Of a stretch of DNA of 64,000 nt, positions 19,023 to 28,750 are shown piece by piece; the first letter of the stretch is position 1; each line of letters begins with the position of its first letter. Position numbers and translations under genes: made by a program. This DNA is from Gemmatimonadota bacterium (GTDB lineage: Bacteria > Gemmatimonadota > Gemmatimonadetes > Gemmatimonadales > Gemmatimonadaceae), in assembly GCA_040389905.1 (NCBI GenBank), contig JAZJZK010000002.1:1-64000 (forward strand), in the 5' to 3' direction. Under the pieces are notes generated by a model. It did not search any database. It saw nothing but the letters and a program-made list of their open reading frames with translations, and had not been told where the DNA came from.

Positions 19023-19198
19023 CCAATCCCGGAACTGGAGTACAGCACTACGTCGCGGCGCCACTCAACGGCGATTCGCCTTAGCTCAGGCGTCCATCTC
19101 CACGAACACGCGTGCGGGCAAAACACACGCCACGTGTAACGACGCCGAAGATACGCATTCAGGATTTTTCGCGCAATGAAAAAAATGCGCTCGAGCGA

Positions 19199-19975
19199 TC
19201 AAACTTTGTGGTAACCGATTCTCGCGGCTTCGCGGCGGTCGGCGGCGTCGTAAATCTCGAAGTCGGAGAAGAAGGCGGGCGCCTCGACGAGCAGGATACG
19301 CAACACCGCGATAGCCAGGCGACGAATTTCCAATTCGGCGCCTTCGCTGGAGCGAAGCTCGAGCATCGTGCGCCACGCGCGGGCATTTCCCGTGACGACG
19401 ATCTTCGTCTCGGTGGAATTCGGCAGCACGCCGCGAGCAGCTTCACGCGCCATTTTCCGCCGATGCACCCGGTCCGCGACCCAGCCGTAGCGCTCCATCA
19501 GCTGGGCGACGAGCGCGACGTACGCGCTCTGCGCGCTGTCGATCTGCGCACGCCACGCCCCTTCGAGCGCTTCATCCCCCGCGATGGCGGGGGGAACGAC
19601 GAAACACGCGTCGCTCTCGTCGACGTACCGCTGTGAGAGTTGCGAGTACGCAAACCCGGCGCGATGGCGCACGAGCTCGTGGGTAAGCGAGCGGCTGACT
19701 CCCTCGAGCAGCAACGAATAGTTCGCGTGCTCGAGCACACTACCGTGGCCCTGCTTCTTGATGTTCTCGAGGTAGTCGCGCGTATTCCGGTTTGCGGGAT
19801 TGTGCTGGCTCATGTAGCAGAGCCGGCCCGCGAATTCCGCGAGCCGCTCGCCGTCAGTGCTGTCGCCCTGCCAGTGTACCGGCATATGCTCGGGCGTGGC
19901 GAAGCTCGGCTTTGCGAGCACTGTCACTCTTGGCTCGTAGAACAGACGCTGGGCGGCGGGTGCGGTAGCGGACAT
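19199..19975 (-). CDS. thyX: FAD-dependent thymidylate synthase
   Basis: GHGSVLEH, SRSLTHELVRHR..SQLSQRY, REAARGVLP, GNARAWR, EIR. Confidence 0.95.
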   Translation of the reverse strand: MSATAPAAQRLFYEPRVTVLAKPSFATPEHMPVHWQGDSTDGERLAEFAGRLCYMSQHNPANRNTRDYLENIKKQGHGSVLEHANYSLLLEGVSRSLTHELVRHRAGFAYSQLSQRYVDESDACFVVPPAIAGDEALEGAWRAQIDSAQSAYVALVAQLMERYGWVADRVHRRKMAREAARGVLPNSTETKIVVTGNARAWRTMLELRSSEGAELEIRRLAIAVLRILLVEAPAFFSDFEIYDAADRREAARIGYHKV

Positions 19976-19989
19976 GTGTGACCAGTTCC

Positions 19990-20047
19990 TGCGAAGGGAC
20001 GATAGATCCCGACAGTCACTCGCTTCGCTCGCGACTGCGGGATGACA
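19990..20047. repeat. REP-like unit (GTCATCCCGCA..GGGATCTA family) overlapping the 3' end of the FAD oxidoreductase
   Basis: GGGACGATAGATCCCGACAGTC..TGCGGGATGACA, closely matching 27966-28009. Confidence 0.8.
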
Positions 20048-21719
20048 GGGGCAAAGTTAATACGTCGGTTTTCTCCACGCTTTCTTCCACCTCGGCCAAC
20101 ATTTCCAGCCGCGGGCGAGCGTAGGCGCGATCACGCTCGACGACTCGGAGAACGTCCCGAGCACTCGACGGGAGCGCGGCGAGGGCGGGATCGTACTTGA
20201 CTCGCTCGACGGGACGCGCGCCGCGCGCGGCCAGCTTGGCCCCGGGATTGAGAATGCCCTGCGGATCGAACGCGCGCTTCACCGCCGCGAATCGCTCCAG
20301 CGTTTCCGGTGACCACATCTCGCTCATCAACGGCGCCCGGAGTCGCCCGTCGCCGTGTTCACCGGAGAGCGTTCCGCCAAGTCGCGCCGTCAATGCGCTG
20401 ACCTCGGCGAGGAGTGCATCGACGCGAGCGCGCCAATCGGGCAGCCGGACATCCACCAGTGGATTCACGTGCATGTGAGCATCGCCGGCGTGGCCGAAGA
20501 TGACGCCGCGGATGTCCTGTGATTTCAGTGCGGCGCGCACGCCGGTCACGTACTCGGCAAGCCGATCTGGCGGGACACAGCCGTCCTCGATGAATTGCAT
20601 GGACTTGAGCGCGGGGTCGAGGCGGCTTAGAACCGGGCTCGCGGCGTGTCGCAGCTCCCACATCGCATGCTCGGTTGCCGCATCGAGGGCGACGGACACG
20701 TGCGTCGCACCGTCGGCGCGGAATTTCCCCTCGAGCGCGAGTACGCGAGCGGCGCATTCCTCTGCAGAGTCGCCCTCAAACTCGATGAGAAGGACCGACT
20801 CGGCGCCCTCGGGCACCGGCACCGACGCTCCGCCCTTGCGGGCGACGTCCAGGAAAGTGCGGTCGAGGAGTTCGCATGCACTGGCTCCCGCCTCGCGGGC
20901 GGAAATGGACGCAACGACAGCGTCGTCGAGCGAATCGAACGCGCCGAGCAAGCTGGCCGACGCAGGACGCACGGGGGCGAGGCGCAACTCGACACCGACG
21001 ACGAGCACGAGCGTCCCTTCACTTCCAACCAGCACGTCGATCGGGTCGCGAGAGTCGGCAAATGCGGACAGGCCGTAACCGGACGCCTCCTTTCTCACAC
21101 CCGCATGACGCGATGGGCTGTGTCTCTCCGCATCCACGAGGGAATCGGCAATTTCGCGAAAGCGGCGCATCGGCACGACGTCCGGCAGTGGCGCACCGCG
21201 ACGCACTTCGCCACGTGAGCCGTCGGCGAAGACGCAATCGAGGGCTTCGACCCACGGTCGCATCGCGCCATACAGGAGCGTGTGCGCACCCGCCGCATTC
21301 GTGGACGCCATGCCGCCGACCGTGCAGAATTTGCCGCTGGATGGATCGACGGGAAATGTCAGTCCCGCCGTGCGCGCTCGGGCGTCGACGGAATTTCGAA
21401 TCGCTCCCGGTCCGCAGCGAATCGTTCTCGCGCGCGCGTCCGTCTCGCCGATTTCGTTCAGCCCGCTTAGGTCGACGACGACTCCATCGCCGATGGCGCC
21501 GCCGGCCATGCTGCTTCCGGATCCGCGAGGAATGAGCGACACATTTTCGGCGACCGCCCAGTGCACAAGGGCGACGACATCTTCGGCGTCGACGGGGACG
21601 GCCACGGCCGATGGGATGATCTGAGCGATGCCGGCGGCCTCGCTGTAGACGGCGCGGGCGGCCGCGTCACGCCGAAACGCGCCGCGAAAGGAAGACGGGA
21701 TGGACGACAGAAGGGGCAT
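20016..21719 (-). CDS. FAD-linked oxidoreductase (GlcD/D-lactate dehydrogenase family)
   Basis: PRGSGSSMAG, PVDPSS..CTVGGM..TNAAG, GSEGTL, FGHAGD, GEHGDG, FDPQGILNPG. Confidence 0.9.
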   Translation of the reverse strand: MPLLSSIPSSFRGAFRRDAAARAVYSEAAGIAQIIPSAVAVPVDAEDVVALVHWAVAENVSLIPRGSGSSMAGGAIGDGVVVDLSGLNEIGETDARARTIRCGPGAIRNSVDARARTAGLTFPVDPSSGKFCTVGGMASTNAAGAHTLLYGAMRPWVEALDCVFADGSRGEVRRGAPLPDVVPMRRFREIADSLVDAERHSPSRHAGVRKEASGYGLSAFADSRDPIDVLVGSEGTLVLVVGVELRLAPVRPASASLLGAFDSLDDAVVASISAREAGASACELLDRTFLDVARKGGASVPVPEGAESVLLIEFEGDSAEECAARVLALEGKFRADGATHVSVALDAATEHAMWELRHAASPVLSRLDPALKSMQFIEDGCVPPDRLAEYVTGVRAALKSQDIRGVIFGHAGDAHMHVNPLVDVRLPDWRARVDALLAEVSALTARLGGTLSGEHGDGRLRAPLMSEMWSPETLERFAAVKRAFDPQGILNPGAKLAARGARPVERVKYDPALAALPSSARDVLRVVERDRAYARPRLEMLAEVEESVEKTDVLTLPLSSRSRERSE

Positions 21720-21754
21720 CTGGGGGTATCTTGTTCAGCGTGCAGAGAAGTTTA

Positions 21755-22798
21755 ATGCCGGTAGATGGCCGGCTGGCCGAGGCAGAACGATTCGGGCGGG
21801 AGATTCTTCCGTCGGTGTCGCGCACGTTCGCGCTGAGCATTCGCGTGTTGCCGGGAGAACTTGGCCGAGCGGTGCTCGTGGCGTATCTGCTCTGCCGCAT
21901 CGCGGATACCCTCGAGGATGAACCGGTGATGGCGGCGCCGGCGAAGGCTGCCCTGCTCGACGAGCTGGCGCGTTGCTTCGACGACGCATCGCGCGCCAAT
22001 GCATTTCCCGCGGCGGTCGATGAAATTTCGGGGGACGCCGCGCACGTGCGACTGACGAAGAATACGGATCTCGTACTCGTCCTCTATCGCTCCCTCCCAC
22101 CGGGGACGCAGGCACACCTGCGGCGCTGGGTCGGAGAAATGATCGCGGGAATGAGAAAATTCGTGATGCTGTATCCGAACGGCATTCGCATCAAGAATCT
22201 CGAGGAGTACAAGGAGTACTGCTACTACGTCGCGGGGACCGTGGGGTATCTACTCACGGATCTGTGGCACGAACACGCGCCGAGCATTGGCGACCGCCAG
22301 TACCGCGTGCTGCGGGAGAAGTGCCGTGCGTTCGCGGAGGCGTTACAGACCGTCAACATCCTCAAGGATGTCGCGACGGACGCCGAGCAGGAAAACTCCA
22401 TCTATATCCCGGAGGACCTGCTGCTCGAGCACGGGAGCAGCCACGCGATGATCCTTTCGCCGGACCGCGTTCGCGGGACACGCGAAGCCCTCGCCACGCT
22501 CGTGCAACTGGCGTGGAACGACCTGGAGAGTGCCAGGAGCTACCTGCTGTTGATTCCCCGCCGGGCGATTTCAATTCGTCTCTTTTGCGTGTTGCCGCTA
22601 CTCTTTGCCTACGCGACGTTGCGCGACCTCACGGGGACGCCGCAGGCGCTCGCGCGGCGCGAGGTGGTGAAGATTTCGCGGCGAGAGGTGAAGTCGCTGA
22701 CGCTGATCGGATTCCTGGTGATTCTGTCCAACCGCGGGTTGGGATGGCTAGCGGATCGGGCGATGCGGCGGCCGTTCGTCGTGGCGGGGGTCAGGTAG
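21755..22798 (+). CDS. Squalene/phytoene synthase family protein
   Basis: VSRTFAL, YLLCRIADTLED, YCYYVAGTVG, LQTVNILKD. Confidence 0.9.
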   Translation: MPVDGRLAEAERFGREILPSVSRTFALSIRVLPGELGRAVLVAYLLCRIADTLEDEPVMAAPAKAALLDELARCFDDASRANAFPAAVDEISGDAAHVRLTKNTDLVLVLYRSLPPGTQAHLRRWVGEMIAGMRKFVMLYPNGIRIKNLEEYKEYCYYVAGTVGYLLTDLWHEHAPSIGDRQYRVLREKCRAFAEALQTVNILKDVATDAEQENSIYIPEDLLLEHGSSHAMILSPDRVRGTREALATLVQLAWNDLESARSYLLLIPRRAISIRLFCVLPLLFAYATLRDLTGTPQALARREVVKISRREVKSLTLIGFLVILSNRGLGWLADRAMRRPFVVAGVR

Positions 22799-22841
22799 CG
22801 TCCGTCCTGAAACCGCCATTTTTGGAATGCCGCGCCGTTGA

Positions 22842-22931
22842 TGTCATCCCGAGCGAAGTCGAGGGATCTGCACTTGCCGCCTGTGTACGAGGTGCAGACC
22901 CTTCGACTCGCTTCGCTCGCTCAGGGTGACA
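22842..22931. repeat. REP doublet (TGTCATCCCGAGCG..GGGTGACA)
   Basis: TGTCATCCCGAGCGAAGTCGAGGGATCTGCAC...GTGCAGACCCTTCGACTCGC..CAGGGTGACA; reverse-complement copy at 37945-38035. Confidence 0.85.
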
Positions 22932-22969
22932 ATCGCGAAATGGGAGTGTCAGGAGGGCGAGTAGGTAAC

Positions 22970-23785
22970 CTACAGCTTCCTCCCTCCGACCGCCGCGGCC
23001 AGCATGCTCATGAGCGTCGGCGGGCGATCCGCCTCGCGTCGCTCGAGACGGTCGAGCACCTGCTCGAGCACCAATTGCGCCTGCACTGCCGCATTGCGAT
23101 GTGCGCCGCGAGCGATGAAGTAGCTGCCGGGACCGATGAGCGCGGCCGGTGCGACGACGGCAAACAGGGGGAAGTTCAGCGCGGCGAGAATCCCGCCCGC
23201 AATGAGGCTCGCGCCGCCGAACGCAATATTCTGCTGCGCCATTACGGTGCGATGCCCAGTGAGTTGCGCATCGAGCCGCACGACGACGCGCGCTGCATCG
23301 ACGGCAACGACCGTCGCGCTCACGCTCGTCGCGCGCGCGAGCGCGTGACCGCGACCACTTACGGCGCGGCGAACGAGCCCCAGCAGGTCACGACGCGCCT
23401 CCCAGATGATTCGGTCGGTGAAGTGGCGCTGCACCATGAGCGATTCCTGACGCTGCATCCAGTCGTCCAGCGCGCGGAGCACTTCGGCAGGGGTCCCGCG
23501 AATCGTCCGCTGTGCGCTCACGGCGGCGCCACCATAGAGGCTGGCGAGAATTCCGTGCTCCTCGGTGACGATACTCCGCGTGCGGTCTTCCGCGAGCGCC
23601 TGCCGGAGGTTGACGACGTCGAGGCCGACCTCCTTGGCGAGCGCCTCGAGCTGGGTCTCTGAAAGACGACCCTCTGGATCTACGGAGCCGGCGGACTGCA
23701 ACTCGAAGGCGCGCGCGAGCACGCGCTCGACAGCAGAGCGGTCGATTCCTGTTTGCACTTGCGGTGGTCGAGCATCGTCCGGCAT
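22970..23785 (-). CDS. Hypothetical membrane protein
   Basis: N-terminal VERVLARAFELQ..LAKEVGLD domain and two C-terminal TM helices. Confidence 0.75.
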   Translation of the reverse strand: MPDDARPPQVQTGIDRSAVERVLARAFELQSAGSVDPEGRLSETQLEALAKEVGLDVVNLRQALAEDRTRSIVTEEHGILASLYGGAAVSAQRTIRGTPAEVLRALDDWMQRQESLMVQRHFTDRIIWEARRDLLGLVRRAVSGRGHALARATSVSATVVAVDAARVVVRLDAQLTGHRTVMAQQNIAFGGASLIAGGILAALNFPLFAVVAPAALIGPGSYFIARGAHRNAAVQAQLVLEQVLDRLERREADRPPTLMSMLAAAVGGRKL

Positions 23786-23859
23786 CCGCTAAAGATAGCG
23801 CTGAGGCGATTCGTTTCCACACGCCTCTCGACGTGGATTGTCGGTGCTCCAGACGGAAT

Positions 23860-24180
23860 ACCCACCCATTCCATCTCGATCCGCAGCCGCAAGGCCCCGA
23901 CCTGCGGCCGCACAGCCTCGATCCGCAGCCGTGCAACGATCGTTCACAGCTCTCCAGACGAGTCTCACACTTTTCCAACGTCCTTTCACACCCCCACCGG
24001 AGCCATACCCAAGCTGATGGCCGGCATCCCCGCCGTTCCAGACGCGTTCCACACCCTTCCAACCACCGTTCACACTCATTTTGCTCGCCACTCCAGCCGT
24101 TTCGATCGCATTCACAACGCCGCAGCCTCGACCAACGCCTTTTCCGTCGCCGTTCACAGCGCACCAGACACTCGGCGCAC
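23860..24180. repeat. Degenerate 21-bp-period tandem array
   Basis: YCACA at 23944, 23965, 23986, 24049, 24070, 24112 and 24154; GATCCGCAGCC at 23878 and 23920; C/A-rich top strand. Confidence 0.8.
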
Positions 24181-24231
24181 GAGTACAGTCCACATTGTGC
24201 GAATCGGCTGCGGTGGATAGCCTCTAGCACC

Positions 24232-25185
24232 ATGGTGAATCTCCAGGATATCCGCGCCGCACGCGAGCGAATCGCCGACCGAGTGCATCGGACGCCCCTC
24301 ATGGGATCGGCGACGATTGCGGACCGCATCGGCGCCGCCCAGTTCGGCCTCAAGTGTGAGAGTTTCCAGAAGACCGGCTCCTTCAAGGTGCGCGGTTCGC
24401 TCAATACGCTCAGCCAACTCTCCGACGAGGCAAAAGCGCGAGGAGTCGTCAGTGTCTCCGCGGGGAATCACGCGCAGGCTCTCGCGTGGGGTGCACGCGC
24501 CGCAGGCGTTCGGTGCACGGTCGTGATGCCTGCCAACGCGTCGGCGACAAAAGTCGCGGCGAGCCGAGGCTACGGGGCCAACGTCATCCAGTATGGGACG
24601 GGCGCCGACGCATTCGTCATGGCCCTTGGGCTCGCGGAGTCCGAAGGCTTCACCTTCGTCCACCCCTTTGACGACGATCGCATCATCGCCGGGGCAGGCA
24701 CCGTCGCGCTGGAACTGCTGGAGCAGTGCGACTCTCCGCCCGATGTGGTGGTCGTTCCGATCGGAGGAGGAGGTCTGATCGGCGGGGTCGCAGTTGGCGT
24801 CAAGGAGGCGTCACCTCTCACGCGAGTGATCGGCGTGGAGCCGGTGGGTGCGGCGGTAATGCGGCAAAGCCTCGACGCGGGGCATGCCACGCGCATGGCG
24901 TCGATGAACACGATTGCCGACGGTCTCGCAGCGCCGATGGCAGGCGAGCGCAACTTCGAGATCGTTCAGCGCTACGTTGATGACGTCGTGCTTGTGACGG
25001 ACGACGAGATTGCCGAGGCGATGGGTGTCTTGCTCTCTCGGTGCAAGCTGCTCGCGGAGCCGGCTGGTGCGGCGGCGACGGCGGCGCTGCTCGCCGGCAA
25101 GGTCGTGACTCGTGCGTCGGATCGCGTGGTCGCGTTGTTGAGCGGCGGGAATGTCGATCTGGAGAGGGTCAAGCAATTCGTGTAA
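24232..25185 (+). CDS. PLP-dependent threonine/serine dehydratase family protein
   Basis: KCESFQKTGSFKVRG, SAGNHAQ, HPFDD, PIGGGGLIGG, TIADG, LSGGNVD. Confidence 0.92.
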   Translation: MVNLQDIRAARERIADRVHRTPLMGSATIADRIGAAQFGLKCESFQKTGSFKVRGSLNTLSQLSDEAKARGVVSVSAGNHAQALAWGARAAGVRCTVVMPANASATKVAASRGYGANVIQYGTGADAFVMALGLAESEGFTFVHPFDDDRIIAGAGTVALELLEQCDSPPDVVVVPIGGGGLIGGVAVGVKEASPLTRVIGVEPVGAAVMRQSLDAGHATRMASMNTIADGLAAPMAGERNFEIVQRYVDDVVLVTDDEIAEAMGVLLSRCKLLAEPAGAAATAALLAGKVVTRASDRVVALLSGGNVDLERVKQFV

Positions 25186-25242
25186 TCGATTATCATCGCT
25201 CCGCATAAGGCATCCGGCCAAGGCAGCGCGGCGGCGTCGTTC

Positions 25243-25338
25243 TTACCGCAGAGGACGCGGAGGGGCAGAGGAACTGCAGAGGAAACCGCGTAACACAGGT
25301 GCAGGCCCTTCGCTGCACCCAGGGCGACAAAACGAGCG
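25243..25338 (+). repeat. Composite repeat (ACCGCAGAGG 9-nt-period unit plus REP half), intron-free copy
   Basis: TTACCGCAGAGGACGCGGAGGGGCAGAGG...AGGTGCAGGCCCTTC..AGGGCGACAAAACGAGCG. Confidence 0.75.
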
Positions 25339-25384
25339 GAACCGAGCAACCGCACAACCGCTCCGGGCGACAGCACGATCGGAA

Positions 25385-26443
25385 CTACGTCACGCATTCC
25401 TTAGACGTAGCGCAGCTCTTCTCTGGTTCAACGCTCGCGAGGTCGGCTGGATCACTCGACTCGACCGCGGTCAGTGGCTCCTGACCGTTGCCCGACACGG
25501 GAATCGGAGGGAGCGGTTTGAGCTGTCGCCCCTCCGGCACGAGTGTCTTATGAATGAAGAGCGCCGCAATCGCCCCGTCGCCGGCCGCGGCGATCGCGAG
25601 TTGCGCGCCGGGAATAATGTCGCCGGCCGCGAAGCAGTTCGGCACCGAGGTGTGATATCCCTTGTCGACGAGGATGTGCCCGCCACTGTCCCGCTCACAC
25701 CCGAGCTGCGAGCCGAGGTCGTCCGAGGGATACTGTCCGATGGCGAAGAAAAGTTTGTCGACGTCGAGCTGCATCCCGCCCTCGAACTCGATCGACGTCA
25801 CGTTCGAGCCGCGATGTTGCACGCACTTGATCGCCGATTCGATCATGGGGATGTTGAGCGCGTCGAGCTTGCGGCAGTACTCGTCCCTGTCAAAATCCGC
25901 AGGGGCGCCGTTGGTGCAGATGATGATGTCCCGCGTCCAGGTCGTGAGGTTGAGTGCCATCCCGACCGCTTTACGCCCCTTCCCGATCACCACGACTTTC
26001 TTGTCCACGCATTCGCGGCCGTCGCAATCCGGGCACACATGCGCGTTCGCGCCGTACACGTTGGAGATTCCCGGGAGGTCGGGCCAGACATCGCGCAGCC
26101 CAATGGCAAGCAGCAGGCGCTTCGCGTGGATCTTCTCGCCCGCCGACAGACAGAGCTCGAAGTCGTCGGCGCCATGCTTCGTTGCCCGCACGCATTCGGC
26201 GTCGACCAACTCCACGCCGTCCGCTCGTGCTTCATCGCGCCCTCGGCCGCGGAGGTCAGCGGGCTTGATGCCCGGCAATCCGAGGTAGCCGTTCACGCCG
26301 CGCGTTTCCCAATTGCGCGGATCGCCAGAGTCCACGACGACGACCGTGTGGAGATACCGAGCGAGCCAGATGCTGGCCGTCAGGCCGGCGGGCCCTCCGC
26401 CGACAATCGCAACGTCAAATACCTGGGTCGATTCGGGATGCAT
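25385..26443 (-). CDS. NAD(P)/FAD-dependent oxidoreductase, thioredoxin reductase-like
   Basis: IVGGGPAGL, HVCPDCDG, TSVPNCFAAGD. Confidence 0.9.
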   Translation of the reverse strand: MHPESTQVFDVAIVGGGPAGLTASIWLARYLHTVVVVDSGDPRNWETRGVNGYLGLPGIKPADLRGRGRDEARADGVELVDAECVRATKHGADDFELCLSAGEKIHAKRLLLAIGLRDVWPDLPGISNVYGANAHVCPDCDGRECVDKKVVVIGKGRKAVGMALNLTTWTRDIIICTNGAPADFDRDEYCRKLDALNIPMIESAIKCVQHRGSNVTSIEFEGGMQLDVDKLFFAIGQYPSDDLGSQLGCERDSGGHILVDKGYHTSVPNCFAAGDIIPGAQLAIAAAGDGAIAALFIHKTLVPEGRQLKPLPPIPVSGNGQEPLTAVESSDPADLASVEPEKSCATSKECVT

Positions 26444-26482
26444 TGATAGCGAGCGGGGCAAGAAAAGCGCCGCGCACGCCCG

Positions 26483-27247
26483 CTAGCGCAACGATCCAGG
26501 GGGCACGAGATAAATCAGCCGCAAGGTCGACCGATCGGATGCCGAGATCTGCGCGGTCGCCGACTCCCGGTACATCACGCTGCTCGCATCACGCGAATGA
26601 TTCAATCCCAACGCATGTCCGATCTCGTGACGGAGAGTTCCGCTCATGACGGTCAGCGAGAGGGGCCGGCCAAGACTGTCGCGATTCGCGATGAACACTC
26701 GTGCCTTCGCGATCTGGAACGCGCTCGTCTGGAGGCGCTCGGTCACGCCGATCCGTTGGCCATCCTCGGACGGAAACCGATCGACCCACCGGATCAGGAT
26801 GTCGGCGCTCGTCGTATCGAAGATGAAGGTGAAGCGCAGCGGAAAGCCAGCCTGGCTCCACTCTGCGAACACGTTCTGCGCGATTGCCGGCAGTTGCGCA
26901 TTCCATCCGGCGATTGCCGAAGACGGCTCGACATAGACGCGCAGCGCATCGCTCACGCGCTCGGGCCACCGATAGAGTGCGCTGTCCTGCTCGGCCAGGA
27001 CGTCTTCGATATAGGTCCCGGGCGCGAGACCCTGTACCCGTCGGCGCATTTCCGCCGGGGGTGTGACGGGACTCGCGTCAGCTGGGATCAGTTCCCGACG
27101 CACGGTACCCTGAACCCGCCCAGCGGCGACGACCGTCGTGTCGCGCGTCAACGCCGACACTGACCGGCGTTGTTGACGCAAGCGAGCGGTGCGAGCCGCG
27201 GCGCCAAGCACGAATGCGGTGAGCGCGACGATCAGAACCAGCGGCAA
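26483..27247 (-). CDS. Matrixin-family zinc metalloprotease
   Basis: HEIGHALGLNHS..SVM Met-turn; N-terminal hydrophobic segment; start uncertain. Confidence 0.85.
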   Translation of the reverse strand: MPLVLIVALTAFVLGAAARTARLRQQRRSVSALTRDTTVVAAGRVQGTVRRELIPADASPVTPPAEMRRRVQGLAPGTYIEDVLAEQDSALYRWPERVSDALRVYVEPSSAIAGWNAQLPAIAQNVFAEWSQAGFPLRFTFIFDTTSADILIRWVDRFPSEDGQRIGVTERLQTSAFQIAKARVFIANRDSLGRPLSLTVMSGTLRHEIGHALGLNHSRDASSVMYRESATAQISASDRSTLRLIYLVPPGSLR

Positions 27248-27454
27248 GTGCTCGAATCGAAGACGGACTGGCGGACTCCTCCGTGGATGTGTAACTCACC
27301 CGGGGAGATCGCCGGTGCGCGCTCCCGAGGTGTTCGTCTTGAAGATTCCGGCAGCCCTGACGAATTCCAGCTGTCGATTTGGGCCGTCGCTATTCGACAA
27401 AGCTAAGCCGACCACGCACTACCGCTCGCTACACACATCGAACCGAGGCTTCCC

Positions 27455-27895
27455 ATGAGTGCCCAGACCGCTGACCAGAATCTCGCGAACCACGCTCGCT
27501 ATGTTCCCGGCTTTCACTTCGTGACCGGTTCGCTCACGATCGTGGTGTTTGGCTGGACCCTGTACCGGGCCGCGACGATTCGGACGTCCACCGAAGTGCT
27601 TGGCGCACTGATCGGCGTGGTGCTCCTCGCTCAGTTCTGGTATCTGCGTGCATTCCCCCTGGCCGTTCAGGATCGCCTGATTCGTCTCGAGGAGCGTCTC
27701 CGCCTGGAGAAGCTGCTTCCCGAGTTGCAGTCGCAGCATGCGGCCTTCACGGCGGATCAGCTGATCGCACTTCGGTTCGCGTCGGACGCGGAACTTCCTT
27801 CGCTGGCCAAGAAAGTCCTCGACGAGAAGATCACGACGCGCTCGCAGGTAAAGGCGCTGATCAAGGACTGGCGTGCAGACAACATGCGGGCCTAG
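27455..27895 (+). CDS. Small membrane protein (DUF6526-like)
   Basis: QNLANHARYVPGFHF, QDRLIRLEERLR, QLIALRFASDAEL, WRAD. Confidence 0.75.
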   Translation: MSAQTADQNLANHARYVPGFHFVTGSLTIVVFGWTLYRAATIRTSTEVLGALIGVVLLAQFWYLRAFPLAVQDRLIRLEERLRLEKLLPELQSQHAAFTADQLIALRFASDAELPSLAKKVLDEKITTRSQVKALIKDWRADNMRA

Positions 27896-27900
27896 TCCGT

Positions 27901-28009
27901 TGTCATCCCGCACGCGTCAGCGTGACGGGATCTATCGTCCATTCGCAGAATCAGGCTACGGAGCAGGGACGGTAGATCCCGACAGTCGCTTCGCTCCTGC
28001 GGGATGACA
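27901..28009. repeat. REP doublet, GTCATCCCGCA family
   Basis: TGTCATCCCGCA..CGGGATCTATCGTCC / GGGACGGTAGATCCCG..TGCGGGATGACA. Confidence 0.85.
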
Positions 28010-28018
28010 CGGTGGTGT

Positions 28019-28750
28019 CTAGCGAACGCCCCCCGGCGGGAGCTGGTACAGGAGCCGCACTGTCGCGCGATCGGTGTGCGACAGCGCGCGAACGCGAACC
28101 TTCTGCGCCATGATGCTCGTGGAATCGCGCGTATGATCGAGGCCGAGCAAATGGCCGATCTCGTGGAGCGTCATGGCGTGCATGGCGTCGCTGTCGAGAA
28201 TCGGCCCGCCGCGATGGTAGACCGCGAGCACGATGTCGGCGTCCGTGATCCACCAATCATCATCGCGCGTCCACTTCGTGCGGCCACTGATTTCCTCATC
28301 GAAATGATCGATGAACGTGACGTGGACGTCAGCGGCGGCGGAGTCGGTGGTGAAGGTGAAGCGGACGGGAAGGCCAAGCCGGTCCCATTGGCGAAAGGCG
28401 GTTTGCACATCCTCGACGTAGTCCGGTACCCAGCCGGTAACCGTCGAACTCGATTGCACCCAGACAACGAGCGGCTCGCCTGCGCGATCCGGCCAGCGTG
28501 AGAGCGCACTGTCGTGCTCAGCGAGCATCTCGCCGATGTACGTACCCGAAGCGTTTTCGGCGAGTCGCCGCCGGACCTCGGCGCGCGTCGGGTCCGTGCT
28601 GTCCGACACCATGGACGGTCCAACCGCTCCACCGCTGGCGACACTCGTGAGGCCGCGCAACACATGGCTGTGCGACGAGACAGGATTGAGTGCGAGGATG
28701 AAAGCGGCGACAGTGCCGAGGCGGGAGGCGTGGCGAAGGCGAGGCGTCAT
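28019..28750 (-). CDS. Matrixin-family zinc metalloprotease (paralogue of 26483-27247)
   Basis: HEIGHLLGLDH..SIM; shared GTYI..LAE.DSAL.RWP motif. Confidence 0.87.
   Translation of the reverse strand: MTPRLRHASRLGTVAAFILALNPVSSHSHVLRGLTSVASGGAVGPSMVSDSTDPTRAEVRRRLAENASGTYIGEMLAEHDSALSRWPDRAGEPLVVWVQSSSTVTGWVPDYVEDVQTAFRQWDRLGLPVRFTFTTDSAAADVHVTFIDHFDEEISGRTKWTRDDDWWITDADIVLAVYHRGGPILDSDAMHAMTLHEIGHLLGLDHTRDSTSIMAQKVRVRALSHTDRATVRLLYQLPPGGVR

Noticed and set aside
23860..24180. CRISPR array
   Set aside because: No identical repeats separated by unique spacers; the period is 21 nt; no cas genes
23764..24231. N-terminal extension of the dehydratase (473-aa ORF)
   Set aside because: Open frame through the 21-bp array overlapping the divergent gene; the family domain starts at ATG 24232
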